From: Diplonema japonicum
Taxonomy: Eukaryota; Protista; Euglenozoa: Diplonemea
Reading direction: 5' to 3'
Assembly (NCBI GenBank): GCA_964019335.1
Contig: OZ025692.1
Location: 62,001-126,000 of the forward strand
Length of the DNA: 64,000 nt
Shown: positions 22,964-33,222 of the stretch, piece after piece
How positions within the stretch are numbered: the stretch's first letter is position 1
Layout: the number at the start of each line of letters is the position of its first letter
The notes under the pieces: model-generated
Seen by the model: the letters and a program-made list of their open reading frames with translations, nothing else
Told to the model about the DNA's origin: nothing
Databases searched by the model: none
Position numbers and translations under genes: made by a program

Positions 22964-23996
22964 CTATGAAACAGACTGTTGTGCATGTAACCTGAACAGC
23001 GATGCTTCTCTCCTGTGTTGGTGGTGGTGTGGGGTTGGTGCCATACTCTATATATGAATCTAGCCCGTTCTGCAGCCCGATGATGCCGTTGACGGCCGTC
23101 TTCCTCGCTGCCTTGGTCTCGGGGCAGCCTGCGGTGTCCACCATGTCCAGCTTGTCGATCTGGCCATTCAGCAGCTCGATGTACGTGGTTCTTTGTTTGT
23201 TCTGTTCGCCAGACGTGCTAAGAGGAGTGAAGGCGGCAGCTTCGTACTTCAAACGAATGTTGTCGACCGCCTTCAGCACCAACTGAATTGCGGTGTTCCC
23301 ACCGTTACCATTACTGTTACCGTTTGGGATCTCATTTTGCTGCTGCTGGTGCTCTTGCTCTTGCTGCCTCTGTTGCTGTTGTTGCTGAAGTCGGATGTGC
23401 TCTTCCTTAAGCCTTCGCTCCTCTTCAACAGCTTGAGCTTTTCTCAACTCTTCCTGCCTTCTCAGCTCCATCAGGCGCTCCTGTCTCCACTTCTGTTCCT
23501 CCTCCTCTTTTAGCTGTGCCTGACGCAAATCCTGCATCTGCCGCTGGCGTTCCTCTTCCTGCTTTCTTTGCAGTTGACGTTGTTTGTCTGCCTCCTCCAA
23601 CTGTTGGCGGTACTGCTCCTGCAGCTGCTCCTGATGCAGCTGCTGCTGTTGTTGTTGTTGTGATGGAAATGTTGGTTGTGGGTGGCTTTGCTGCTGCTGT
23701 GGATGGCTTTTCTGGTGCCTGAGGCGGTCTTCATCCATCCTCTGTCTCTCAAGTTCTTTTTGTTGGTAGTAGTAATCTAAAGTTGACCTCGCTGAAGATG
23801 GGTCCCTAGATGAGGGGGTGTTCGGCCCCCCATACCCATGGGTGCCCTGGGGTGCGTGGTTCGATCTCTCCCCAAAGCTGTCCCACGACGACGGGGGTTG
23901 GTGATACCCGTGCGTCGCATGCCGCACGTTGGCTGCTGGGACCTCTGTCTGGGTGTAAGCCCGTCCGTTTTGCGGCTGCCTGTCGTCCCGATACAT
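22964..23996 (-). CDS. Second BAG-domain protein, Q/E-rich (2 exons)
   Basis: YIELLNGQIDKLDMVDTAGCPETKAARKTAV is a BAG motif. A 34-nt GTATG..ACAG intron at 23013-23046 gives ...DSYIEREASLFRLHAQQSVS*. ATG at 23996. Confidence 0.8.
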
Positions 23997-24122
23997 ATCT
24001 TTGTCCTGAGAGAAGTTCACATAGGAAGACTTGATATGCAGTGAAGGGATATCACAGTACCACAAAAGGGGCTCAATGGCAGCACTAGGTAGTTCCCACA
24101 GTTCAAAGAAACTGAAGTGAAG

Positions 24123-24593
24123 CTAGCGGTCGAAAGGCTTCTTTTTGTTGAGAAATGGTGAAGCTGGCTTGAGAGACATGAACTTAGGGGGCTTATACGT
24201 ATGGGTTGGAGTCCATGCAGTGTTATGTAAACAACACGTGTCCCATGAGGACGACATGGCGGGAGAGATGGGGCGGGAGCGAGAAGGGGAAGGGGTTTTG
24301 ATCCTGATGGCCTTCGGTGATGTAACATTAAAAACACGCGAGTCCACAACAGGCTTTTTGTATGTGGTGGGCGGAGAACTTCCCAAGTGCAGCCACATGG
24401 GGTCGTCGACATGCCGCTTTCTTTTATACTCCTTCCCGCAATACATAAAGGTTCTGTCCAGGTAGTGCCTCTTTGCACAGCACACCATGCTGCTGCAGCA
24501 TTTCATATGTTTGTCAAGGATCTTCTGCATCCTATGCTCTATGCTGGTGTCTCTTTCTGTCTTATCTGTTGCCTCTCCATCTTCGTGTATCAT
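24123..24593 (-). CDS. Hypothetical protein (156 aa)
   Basis: ATG-initiated ORF on the cluster strand that fills the gap between neighbours. No recognised domain. Confidence 0.5.
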   Translation of the reverse strand: MIHEDGEATDKTERDTSIEHRMQKILDKHMKCCSSMVCCAKRHYLDRTFMYCGKEYKRKRHVDDPMWLHLGSSPPTTYKKPVVDSRVFNVTSPKAIRIKTPSPSRSRPISPAMSSSWDTCCLHNTAWTPTHTYKPPKFMSLKPASPFLNKKKPFDR

Positions 24594-24637
24594 TCTGGTG
24601 GCTTTAGAAGAAAGGTAATCACAAGGAGCAACAGATT

Positions 24638-25102
24638 CTATGACATGGCGTCCATGCTGTGCAGGTTCTCAAGCTCCTTGGCCAGCATGGTTCTGTCACG
24701 TCCCAGCTGTTCAGCTTGTTTCTCAAGAAGCTTTGCTTTCTCCTTTTGGTACTGCGCGTCACGCCGCTCCCATTCGGCGTTTGAGATGTCCTCCGCATCC
24801 TGTGGCGATGCGAACATCTTGGCGACCGTCTTCTGTATCTCAACGGGCCCAGGGATGTCAAGGATCCCGTTAAGAGTTGAGTACTGCTCACCGAACACTT
24901 TCACATCTTCCCTTGTTCTCTGCAGCATCGCCAGCGTGCTGCTGTAAGCCGGGCTGTCCGCTATCACCTTCGGCAGCCTCTTCGGCTGCTTATCCACCAC
25001 CGCCGACTCCTTCAAGAACGCTGTTCTAGGACTGTCGATCCCATCTCGCGTCTCATCTTCACCTTCATAAAACCCTGCTAGCTGGTCGATAGGGTCTCCC
25101 AT
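24638..25102 (-). CDS. Hypothetical protein (154 aa) with C-terminal coiled coil
   Basis: ATG directly after ...ATCACAG-G; helical, charged composition. Confidence 0.65.
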   Translation of the reverse strand: MGDPIDQLAGFYEGEDETRDGIDSPRTAFLKESAVVDKQPKRLPKVIADSPAYSSTLAMLQRTREDVKVFGEQYSTLNGILDIPGPVEIQKTVAKMFASPQDAEDISNAEWERRDAQYQKEKAKLLEKQAEQLGRDRTMLAKELENLHSMDAMS

Positions 25103-25143
25103 CCTGTGATACGGTGTAATAGAAGAATTGATCGCTGGGAAGA

Positions 25144-26163
25144 CTACTCGATAAGCTTCCTGTAATCAACAACCAAGGAATATTCTATGACAAACCTGGC
25201 GTCCCAGAGCCACCGCACAAAGTCCCTCCCGCGGAGGGGCTGATTAGAAGCAGCATAAATCTGCAGCATGAGCCTGCTGCATTTGTTAGTGAGACAAGAC
25301 ACGTTGCGCAGGTACTGCACGAACACTTCACAGCTTGTGACGACCTTCTCGAAGGAACGGTTTTGCTTTCCGCGTCTTGTGACCTCCTTGCAGGCGGCAG
25401 TGAAGTAGAAGGGCGCCACGAAGCGAAGGTTCTGCGCTGAGACACGCCGTTGGAAGTGAGTCAAAAAGGTGAGATAGGTGCTAGTTTGGCTGCATGTTTC
25501 TAGCAGTGCCACTTGGAGGTACCGTTTGTAGTTCTCGGGCAAGTGTGCGACGTGCCTCTCTGCGTCGATGAAGTTCATCATGCGTACCAAGGCAACGTGC
25601 TGCATCAACCCTGGACTCTCGATCATGTTGAACACAGTCTGCGCAGTATTGCGGTCTGTGCAGGACTCAATGGCGTACATGTAACACTCCGACCGGCTAT
25701 CCTCCACGTGCAGCAAGAGTGCGATAGCCCTTTCAGTGTCCTTGCGGGTGGCAAAGCACTTTATTGCAGCACCTAAATGCACCATGGTGGCTTCCAACCC
25801 AAACTTCTTAATATCTCGAAATATGGCATTCACACCAATCACATCAGCCCTGGTCGCGTGCTCTTGCATCACTTGCGCCACTAACCGTTCTGTGGGCCTG
25901 TGCCCTTCGTCCTTTAGCCTACCGTACTCTGTCACGATGGCGTGCTTGCTGCCTCTTGCAATTTTATTGAATTGTTCTAACGACTTCGCTCCCACTTCGC
26001 ACGCGGCTGCTCGTAAATCATGAAGTACCCCTTGCACTTCCCTCAGCTTCAACCTCACCTCGTTCGCATTACTATTCGCGACTGTGTTCTGTCTGAACCG
26101 CACTTTAAGATACTTCGCCGTCGACACGTCGCACAGAAGCTTCGGCACCGTTGATACGTTCAT
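25144..26163 (-). CDS. Pentatricopeptide-repeat-like protein
   Basis: About 35-aa helical units: EYGRLKDEGHRPTERLVAQVMQEHA / IFRDIKKFGLEATMVHLGAAIKCFA. The first in-frame ATG outside the upstream gene is 26163. Confidence 0.6.
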   Translation of the reverse strand: MNVSTVPKLLCDVSTAKYLKVRFRQNTVANSNANEVRLKLREVQGVLHDLRAAACEVGAKSLEQFNKIARGSKHAIVTEYGRLKDEGHRPTERLVAQVMQEHATRADVIGVNAIFRDIKKFGLEATMVHLGAAIKCFATRKDTERAIALLLHVEDSRSECYMYAIESCTDRNTAQTVFNMIESPGLMQHVALVRMMNFIDAERHVAHLPENYKRYLQVALLETCSQTSTYLTFLTHFQRRVSAQNLRFVAPFYFTAACKEVTRRGKQNRSFEKVVTSCEVFVQYLRNVSCLTNKCSRLMLQIYAASNQPLRGRDFVRWLWDARFVIEYSLVVDYRKLIE

Positions 26164-26227
26164 CGTGCATGATGCCTGTTGGGGTTGTGGCGTTGTTGTT
26201 GAGCAAAGCGTGTGCTGATTCTTTAAG

Positions 26228-27829
26228 TTATTTTTTAAAAGGGATGCTGAGATGGGGAGCACAGTTGGCGGTAATCGCTTCGGGGATGGGCTCGGGAGAG
26301 CAACCAAAATCACCTTTTTGCATGCGCTGCAAGATCTTGTCATGTTTCAGGAGAGACATGAAACAAGGCTGAGAGGAGGCCATCCTGGTGCAGGCGTTCA
26401 TCCCCATCGTGTGGACCTGGATAGCTTTGCGGCCGTAGTAACCGGTGACAAAGGAACCGAAAGTGGACCCGGGTGACACAAGATAGTCTGCCGTCCTTCC
26501 CAAAATCAACATGTCGGCAAGAGCCTCCCTATCCATTTCTAGAGAACCCGTCTGCTGCTCGCCCCTTGCCTCTGCATCGAGCGATATCATCCTGCCTCCA
26601 TAGTTCTTCGCGTAGTGCTGCCTAATGGGCTTGTGCAGTGACGCTATGAAGAGGGCGTAGCTGCTATTTGTGAGCTTTTCCTTCATGCACCTCTCGAACT
26701 CCTCCGCCATGCTCACCATACCGTTCAGCCTGAAGGCCCGTATCTGCAACCCGTACACCCTTTTCTTGCTAAAGCTCTGTTCTGCCAGCACTTCGTCCCC
26801 ACTCCCCATTCCTTCTTTGTCATGCTTGCACCAGAAAGCCTCGACCACCTCTTCCACTGCCTTGTTCGGGCGTATGAGGAAACGCGACAAAGGCCCGAAG
26901 GCATCCCCGTCTGGGAAGAGCTTGCGCATGGTGCCAGCGGTGCTTGGGTTGGCGAAGAACATCGGCAGGTAATACTGGTTGGTCCACAGGTAGGTGAACT
27001 TCACCGTCTCGACTGGGAAGTCCGGCGTTCCGCAGGAAATCTTCTTCCAGCTCCTGAAGTGCTTGTCGTGCTTTGAGATGATGTCCACTTTCACATGTTC
27101 GTCTTTGAATGCAGGTCCGAAGTACCTGGGGTATCGCTTACTGAAGTCGGAGAGATGCAAGATAGGGAATGGGCTGCAGAGCAGCTCATCGTTGCGGTGA
27201 CTAGAGGTAAAGGCGAGCATGGGCTCCAGCAGCCAGTCATGCGTTGCCGACGTCTCCTTGGGTGCAGGGGTGCCCTTCTTGCTTGTGGTGGCGAACCAGT
27301 CTTTCAGGAGGAGTACGCGTTTGCTCAGCATGGCTGCGAGGAAGGTTGAGACCATGGCCTGCATTCTGTTCCCGACACCCCCTGACAGAGACCACACGAG
27401 GTACCGCTGTCCTGCTGGCTCTTGACCTGCTGCTACAAGCCTGTGCAGTTCGTGCTGCTGTTTTAGTAGTTTCTTCAGCTCTGGTGAGGCAAGGAGCCGA
27501 CCGGGAACACCCCGTGCTGCGTCTATGAGCTCTTGCCATATGGTCTCGTTCAGTTTGTTGCAGTAGTCGGCATTCGTCATGCTGCTGATCCCCTGGGAGC
27601 ATTTCAAATTGGGGACAAGCGGTAGCTGTGGCCTTGTACTTGGTCTCTTGACCTCTATCATCGCTGGCTTCTCGAGTTTCTCGGGCTTCTTTACGATCTT
27701 CACAGGCTCTTGTGTTGCTGCGTCCGACTTTACGGGACCGCCCATGACCCACCCTCCCAGGGACATCCATCCCACTACACTGCTCACCCCTATCCATATC
27801 AGCACCATTCTTAGCGTTGATGCCTTCAT
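26228..27829 (-). CDS. Type II membrane fucosyltransferase, GT37 (xyloglucan FUT)-like
   Basis: N-terminal TM segment, plus RYLVWSLSGGVGNRMQAMVSTFLAAMLSKRVLL, GLQIR and ALADMLILG..LVSPGSTFG motifs. Confidence 0.8.
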   Translation of the reverse strand: MKASTLRMVLIWIGVSSVVGWMSLGGWVMGGPVKSDAATQEPVKIVKKPEKLEKPAMIEVKRPSTRPQLPLVPNLKCSQGISSMTNADYCNKLNETIWQELIDAARGVPGRLLASPELKKLLKQQHELHRLVAAGQEPAGQRYLVWSLSGGVGNRMQAMVSTFLAAMLSKRVLLLKDWFATTSKKGTPAPKETSATHDWLLEPMLAFTSSHRNDELLCSPFPILHLSDFSKRYPRYFGPAFKDEHVKVDIISKHDKHFRSWKKISCGTPDFPVETVKFTYLWTNQYYLPMFFANPSTAGTMRKLFPDGDAFGPLSRFLIRPNKAVEEVVEAFWCKHDKEGMGSGDEVLAEQSFSKKRVYGLQIRAFRLNGMVSMAEEFERCMKEKLTNSSYALFIASLHKPIRQHYAKNYGGRMISLDAEARGEQQTGSLEMDREALADMLILGRTADYLVSPGSTFGSFVTGYYGRKAIQVHTMGMNACTRMASSQPCFMSLLKHDKILQRMQKGDFGCSPEPIPEAITANCAPHLSIPFKK

Positions 27830-28755
27830 TTATCCCTCCCTCCTGAAGTGGTTTTGGGTGAACGTGGAACAACAGAGAAAGAGGAAAAACACCCTTTTCT
27901 TTTCCCCCCAAGAGAAATTTATTTTTGTTGTTGTTGATGTGTGCAAACGAAAAGCGGGAGCTACAAAGTTTTGTTTCTTTTACATAATAAAAGAGGCTTG
28001 TTTGTAACACACGACGATTTCGCAGAACATTTTCTTTTTCTTTGAATTTGAATGGAAATTGTAGATAAACAAGTCAAGGGGTGTTTCGAAAAAAAAGAAA
28101 AGAAAAAAAAAAGAATAAAAAAAAAAAAAAGAAAGGGTGGCAGTCCTGCTTTTTTCTTTTTTTTGGATAATAGAGATACGTCGCTTATAAGGAAGGGGAA
28201 CCGTTTCTTTTTTTTTTGTTTCTTCTTTTTTTCCCTTCTTTTTTTCCACACAGGAAGCCGCTTTTTTTGACGGATGAAGCATTTCAAAAACAACTATACT
28301 TGTTCCACTCACAGAGAAGCACGCGTTCCTATCTACCATCCAAGTGGCCCTTTTATCTTTGCTTGTTTCGTGTTGATGGTAACCACGTCCTTACTTGGCC
28401 GCGGGAGATAGCTGTAGACGAAAAAAAAGGGGGAAGAGGGGACCCTTAGAAAGAGGAATAAGAAGGAGGGGGGGGGGATTAATTTCCCCCCAGTTTTGTT
28501 AGGAAAAAAAAAAGAAGAAAAAACTACTACTACCGGATTCGAAAAAAAAAAAAAAAAAAAAAAAAAAAGAAAAAAAAAAGTAAAGAGAGAAAAAAAAAGA
28601 AAAAAAAGAGTCGGTTGATTGGTGCCGGGATTAAATCCTCCGAAGGACAAAGCCCCTAACATGTGCTACCTACTACTCTTTTTCTTTTTAGGAAATAACA
28701 ATTCATTATCGAAAAATATTGTTTTTTTCTTTTTTTCTTTTTTCTCTTTCAAACA

Positions 28756-29010
28756 GGTGGTGGGGATAACATGAAAAAATATAAAAAAGTACATCAGATT
28801 CGTTGTTCGCTGTTGACCTCGTCGGTCATCACCGGTACCGCCCGAGAAAAGCAGATGCTCAGGGTGACGAACAGGCAGCAAACTGCACGGGCTCAGAATC
28901 TTGGTTACCCGGGGCGCATGACACGACGCGGAACGCAGAAGAAGCTACAGCTAGGCCGAGGTGAGCCCTCTGTAATCAAGTAGATGGTGCTTGTGCCGTC
29001 TTCCCTTAAA
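28756..29010 (-). repeat. Dispersed GC-rich repeat, copy B, about 185 nt downstream of the subtilisin 1 stop
   Basis: Homologous to 19856-20162; for example gacacgacgcggaacgcagaagaagctacagctaggccgaggtg is identical in both. Confidence 0.85.
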
Positions 29011-29194
29011 AATCGAGTTTCTTCTTATTCAAGCGATTAAAAAAAAAAAATGGGGCTGACTTTGCTTGTTGCAAAAAGCCATGATTTTCTTTTTCTTTTT
29101 CAAGTTCTGTTTCTATATTTGTAACATCCACCGTGGCATCGCCTGTGGAACCTCAGGTACCCTGAGCTAGAAGTCTTGGAATGTCGTTCAAACC

Positions 29195-30847
29195 TCAGCC
29201 AACCTTATAAGGTCGGTCTGGTGGCTGATGAGCAGGAACCCAGTGACCCGTAGCAGGCTCCGCAGGATAGTGCATCTGCGCAACAGGCTCGCTGGGAGCT
29301 TCTATATCTTTTTCGGGGCTTCTTCGCCACATAAAGTAGACCCCCACTACCACAGCTACACCTATTACCACACAAATGATAACGACAAGCAATGCGGTGT
29401 AATTGGTGTTTGAACCCCCTGCTGCCTCGCACTCCCATTCCAACGAAAAGCCGGTTCCTACAACTGTCGGATCGGTGATGAGTTGCAGCATCACATCTGC
29501 AACATCATACTTTGTGACAAAGGCCTCTGTGATCCTGCCCGTTGCCTGCCGTGTCTGGGTGCCGAGGTGCACCAGCAACACGTCCTTGTTGTTTTGCAGG
29601 TCGTACGACTTGTACGTCATTGTCACGCTGCTCTGCGGGCACGACACCTTCCAGCAACGGAACTCGTTGTTGGCGTAGACCCCTACCTGCGGGTACTTCA
29701 GCGAAGCGCTGCCGCTGAAATGCGTAAACCTCCCAAAGCAGTTTTCCTTGTCGTCCGCGGTGCGCTTCGTGCCACTGCACGGAACATGAAGGAGCGTCGA
29801 GTCACTCGCATTCCCTGTCTTCGGGTTCTTGATGGCATTCTTCAGAGCTGTCTCCTGCAAGACAGACAGCATGCTGTTGTAAGACGGCGTCACACCAGCA
29901 GCAAGGTAGTTCGCCACAACACCTGCCACGTGTGGTGCGGCCATCGAGGTGCCGCTCTTCCTTACATATGTGTTGTCGGACATGTGCGAAGCTGACGAGA
30001 CGTACACCCCAGGGGCGTAGAGGTTCACGCACTGCCCCCAGTTGCTATCGTGGTTGGGCTTGTAGGCAGTGTCAGTGAACCCAGCGTTCCCCACGTTGAT
30101 GGCGTTGCTTGCCGAGCCAGGCGAGGTGTTGCAGGCGTCGATCGCATCGTTGCCGGCGGCAGTCACAACGACAGCAGACGATGAGAGAGCCTCGACTGCT
30201 TTGTTCGTGATGATAGACCGAGGCCCACCAAGGGACAGGTTGATGACAGAGGGCTTGCCGTGTGCCGTGATGTCGTTAGCTGTCCATTGAAGTGCTGAGA
30301 GCAGCTTCCCGATCGATATCTGGCCGTTGTCATCCTCCACCCGCACAGACTTGATGGAAGCCTTCCTTGAGATACCAGCCACGATGCCCGCCACGTGTGT
30401 CCCGTGGCCATCGATGTCGCCCTCTCCAAGTGTTGAAGTGGTGCACCTCCCGCCGAAGACCGCATGGCTGCACCGTACACCGCTGTCGAGAATGTAGACG
30501 ACGACACCCTCACCACCGCCCCCCTGCGGGAACGCGTACGACTCTGCGAGGTAGTTGCTCCCACCGCTGATGGAGCGTGCCCCCCACTGGGCATCCTTGT
30601 CAAGCTCCCCACACAAGCTCGGTGCGGTGAAGAATGTGTAGTTTTTCCCTGTGACGTCCTCCACGCTCTCCACCTCAGCACCCTGTGCAGCAACCTTGCC
30701 CACCTCCTCCATGTCGTTTAGCACCATTACTTTGAAGCCGTTGATGTCGATTACCCCTTCGGTCCCCTCCTTCACCTCACGCACCACAGCTAGGTGCTCA
30801 CCGGTCACGAGGCACACAAGCGTTGTGAGCAACAGAAAGCAATGCAT
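29195..30847 (-). CDS. Subtilisin (S8, proteinase K-like) - CUB - TM surface protease, paralogue 1
   Basis: Signal peptide, catalytic triad ILDSG / GHGTH / GTSMA, CUB-like YP..YANNEFRCW...GTGFSLEW, and a TM helix. Confidence 0.92.
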   Translation of the reverse strand: MHCFLLLTTLVCLVTGEHLAVVREVKEGTEGVIDINGFKVMVLNDMEEVGKVAAQGAEVESVEDVTGKNYTFFTAPSLCGELDKDAQWGARSISGGSNYLAESYAFPQGGGGEGVVVYILDSGVRCSHAVFGGRCTTSTLGEGDIDGHGTHVAGIVAGISRKASIKSVRVEDDNGQISIGKLLSALQWTANDITAHGKPSVINLSLGGPRSIITNKAVEALSSSAVVVTAAGNDAIDACNTSPGSASNAINVGNAGFTDTAYKPNHDSNWGQCVNLYAPGVYVSSASHMSDNTYVRKSGTSMAAPHVAGVVANYLAAGVTPSYNSMLSVLQETALKNAIKNPKTGNASDSTLLHVPCSGTKRTADDKENCFGRFTHFSGSASLKYPQVGVYANNEFRCWKVSCPQSSVTMTYKSYDLQNNKDVLLVHLGTQTRQATGRITEAFVTKYDVADVMLQLITDPTVVGTGFSLEWECEAAGGSNTNYTALLVVIICVVIGVAVVVGVYFMWRRSPEKDIEAPSEPVAQMHYPAEPATGHWVPAHQPPDRPYKVG

Positions 30848-32065
30848 GTTCCCAACCTCCTCTCCCAACCCTCTCCCCCGACCTTGTAATGTTATTCCCT
30901 CTCGTTGTGCAGTTAAGAGTGAAAAAAGTTTTCAGAAGTGATTTCTCCCCCCCCCCCCCCCGTGGTGACGAAAAAAGGAAAATAGTAGGGAACTAAGCAT
31001 TAAAGGTAGTTTTTCACGCAGTCCCGTCCCCATTCTGGAGAAACGCGGGCACCTGCTTGTCGAGGCACCTTTTCCTCAGGTCTTCGAGGCTGTCGCAAGG
31101 AGGACATTATTTTATCGCTGGAGTTCTGCTGGAAAAGGCAAACCAGTCCTTTTCAGAAAAAGAAAATATAGAGAGTTCAATATCTTTTGAAACTTGTCAG
31201 ACCTGTCTTTTTTCTTTTTTTTTTTTGCAAATTGTAAAATCCCAATAAAGTGGAATAATCTTTTTTTCTTTTTGCTCCGCATAAAGGATGACAAGTTCTA
31301 GGCATCGTTTCTTTTTTCATCAGGCGTCCTGCCACATACCGCAGGTACCCTTAAATGTCTCTTTTTTTTTTTCATTCTTCTTTTCCTTCTTTCTTTCTTT
31401 TTTTTTGCTCAAAATCTGCATTTGAGTTGGGAATTAAAAAAAAGGGGGGGGGGAGAAAATTACCCCTCGGTGTTAGTGGGTCTTGTTGAAAGTAAAAGGT
31501 TGGAGACTCCACCCCCCCCCCCCCCCCCTTGCTCATGTCGTGCAAGTCTCCTCTAAACAACAATTACTAGGAGCCACAGGGGAGGTTAGGTACACTAGTC
31601 CCTTCACTTTACCTTGGAAAGAAAATGAGGGTGCGGGAAAGCAATTCATGCTGCACATTGAGAAGAATGAAGAAGAAAAGCCGATATTCACCTAAAGTAG
31701 GGCTGCTCTTATTCTCGTCTTTTTTTTTTTTTTTTTTCCGTATAAAAAAAAGAAAATAAAAATATAAATCAGAAAGAAAAAAAAAAGGAGGAATTGATAG
31801 GGCTCGTTGAGGGAAGGAAATAATTTCAAAACCAAGAGATCGGACACATTCGCCTGTATAACACGCTGCCCGAAGATTTGAAGAGAAAAAAAAAAAAAAA
31901 ACGTGTTTTTATTTTTTTTATTTTTTATTTTTGGCAAGTTTTGGCCATTCTTTTTTTCCTTTCTTTTTTTCCTTCTTCTTTTTTAAAAAAAAAAACCCTT
32001 CCTCCCCAAGACAGGCCGGCGCAGCTCAAGCTGTGCAATCTTTGCCTTTCTTCTCGAGAATAAGA

Positions 32066-32102
<37 letters not shown>

Positions 32103-32159
32103 CCCCTCGTTCAAAGGGTCGTATATCCACGCACACGGCCTACTGTGTCGCTCAAAAAT

Positions 32160-32392
32160 AATTCTTTATGACTATATGTCTTTGTTGTTCGCCGGCCTGG
32201 CGTCTGGCGCGGAGGTGGCTGAAATGATGTTGTAAGTGGGAATAAAATGTGCGATTCAACCCTCTCCCCACCCGCTTTGGCAGTCTTCGGCGGCATTTTA
32301 TTTTTTGCTTTGTTGTTCGCACGAGCAAAAAAGGGTTTTAAAAAGCTGCGAAAGTTTTTTGCTCGGCACAAGTTGCATATAGTTATAAAATT
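32160..32392. mobile_element. MITE-like element with imperfect TIRs
   Basis: Ends ttatgactatatg and catatagttataa form an inverted repeat (12/13 match). A second, shorter copy lies at 11902-11990. Confidence 0.6.
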
Positions 32393-33091
32393 ATTTTCTG
32401 AAAGATAAGTATTTGTAACAAAAAAAAAAAAAAAAAAAAAAAAAAAACTGGGGTATTTCTTTACAGTAGAGGGCTACCGCCTCATATGGGAGTAGAGGAT
32501 GACCGGAAAAAAGAAGGAAAAAAAAGAACAGAAAACCTAGGACCTGTGTCCAGAGGCAGAGGTCTTGTACTGCCCCCCCCCCCCCCCCCCAAAAAAAAAA
32601 AGAAGAGGAACATAAGAAATTAACCTTACATTTCGCCAGATGCGATAGGGCAAGAGGGGGTGAAGACGTACCGGAGCAGTCTCGGTCGGAGGAGGAGGAG
32701 GAGGAGGAGGTCCTTTATTGCTGGACGTCATGCTTTCTGAAAGAGAAACAAGGAAGTCGTGCGTAGGTAGGGGGCGGAGGCTTTGCTCGAGGAGAGAGTC
32801 TCTTTAAATAAAAAGAAGAAACAAAATTGCTTATTAGAAACACCATGCCGCCTGCAACAGTACCATTCACCAGGAGACCCATCTAGGCCCTGTATCTGCA
32901 AAGGGGCGACAGCAGTCAGTTAGAAAGTATGTAGCTTGTTACCACAGGAGCGATACAGGGAAGCAACGAGGGAAAAGATTATAAAGAACCCACGGAGGGA
33001 CTTCCCTCCAAAAAAAGTACCAAAGAAATTTATTTTTACACCCCACTTTCGTGTTCTTCACTTGAAGTCATTCTTTTGAGAGTGAAAAGGT

Positions 33092-33123
<32 letters not shown>

Positions 33124-33222
33124 GAACGGTTTATTTATTGTACTGAGTTAAAGGAGGTCACCTGTGACACCCCATGCTCAAAGAATTGTATTTTTTTTGT
33201 TCATTTCTTTCATTCTTTTATC

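Noticed and set aside
24123-25102. ORFs 24638-25102 and 24123-24593 as exons of one gene
   Set aside because: There is no GTATG-like donor before the TAG at 24638, so they are treated as two genes.
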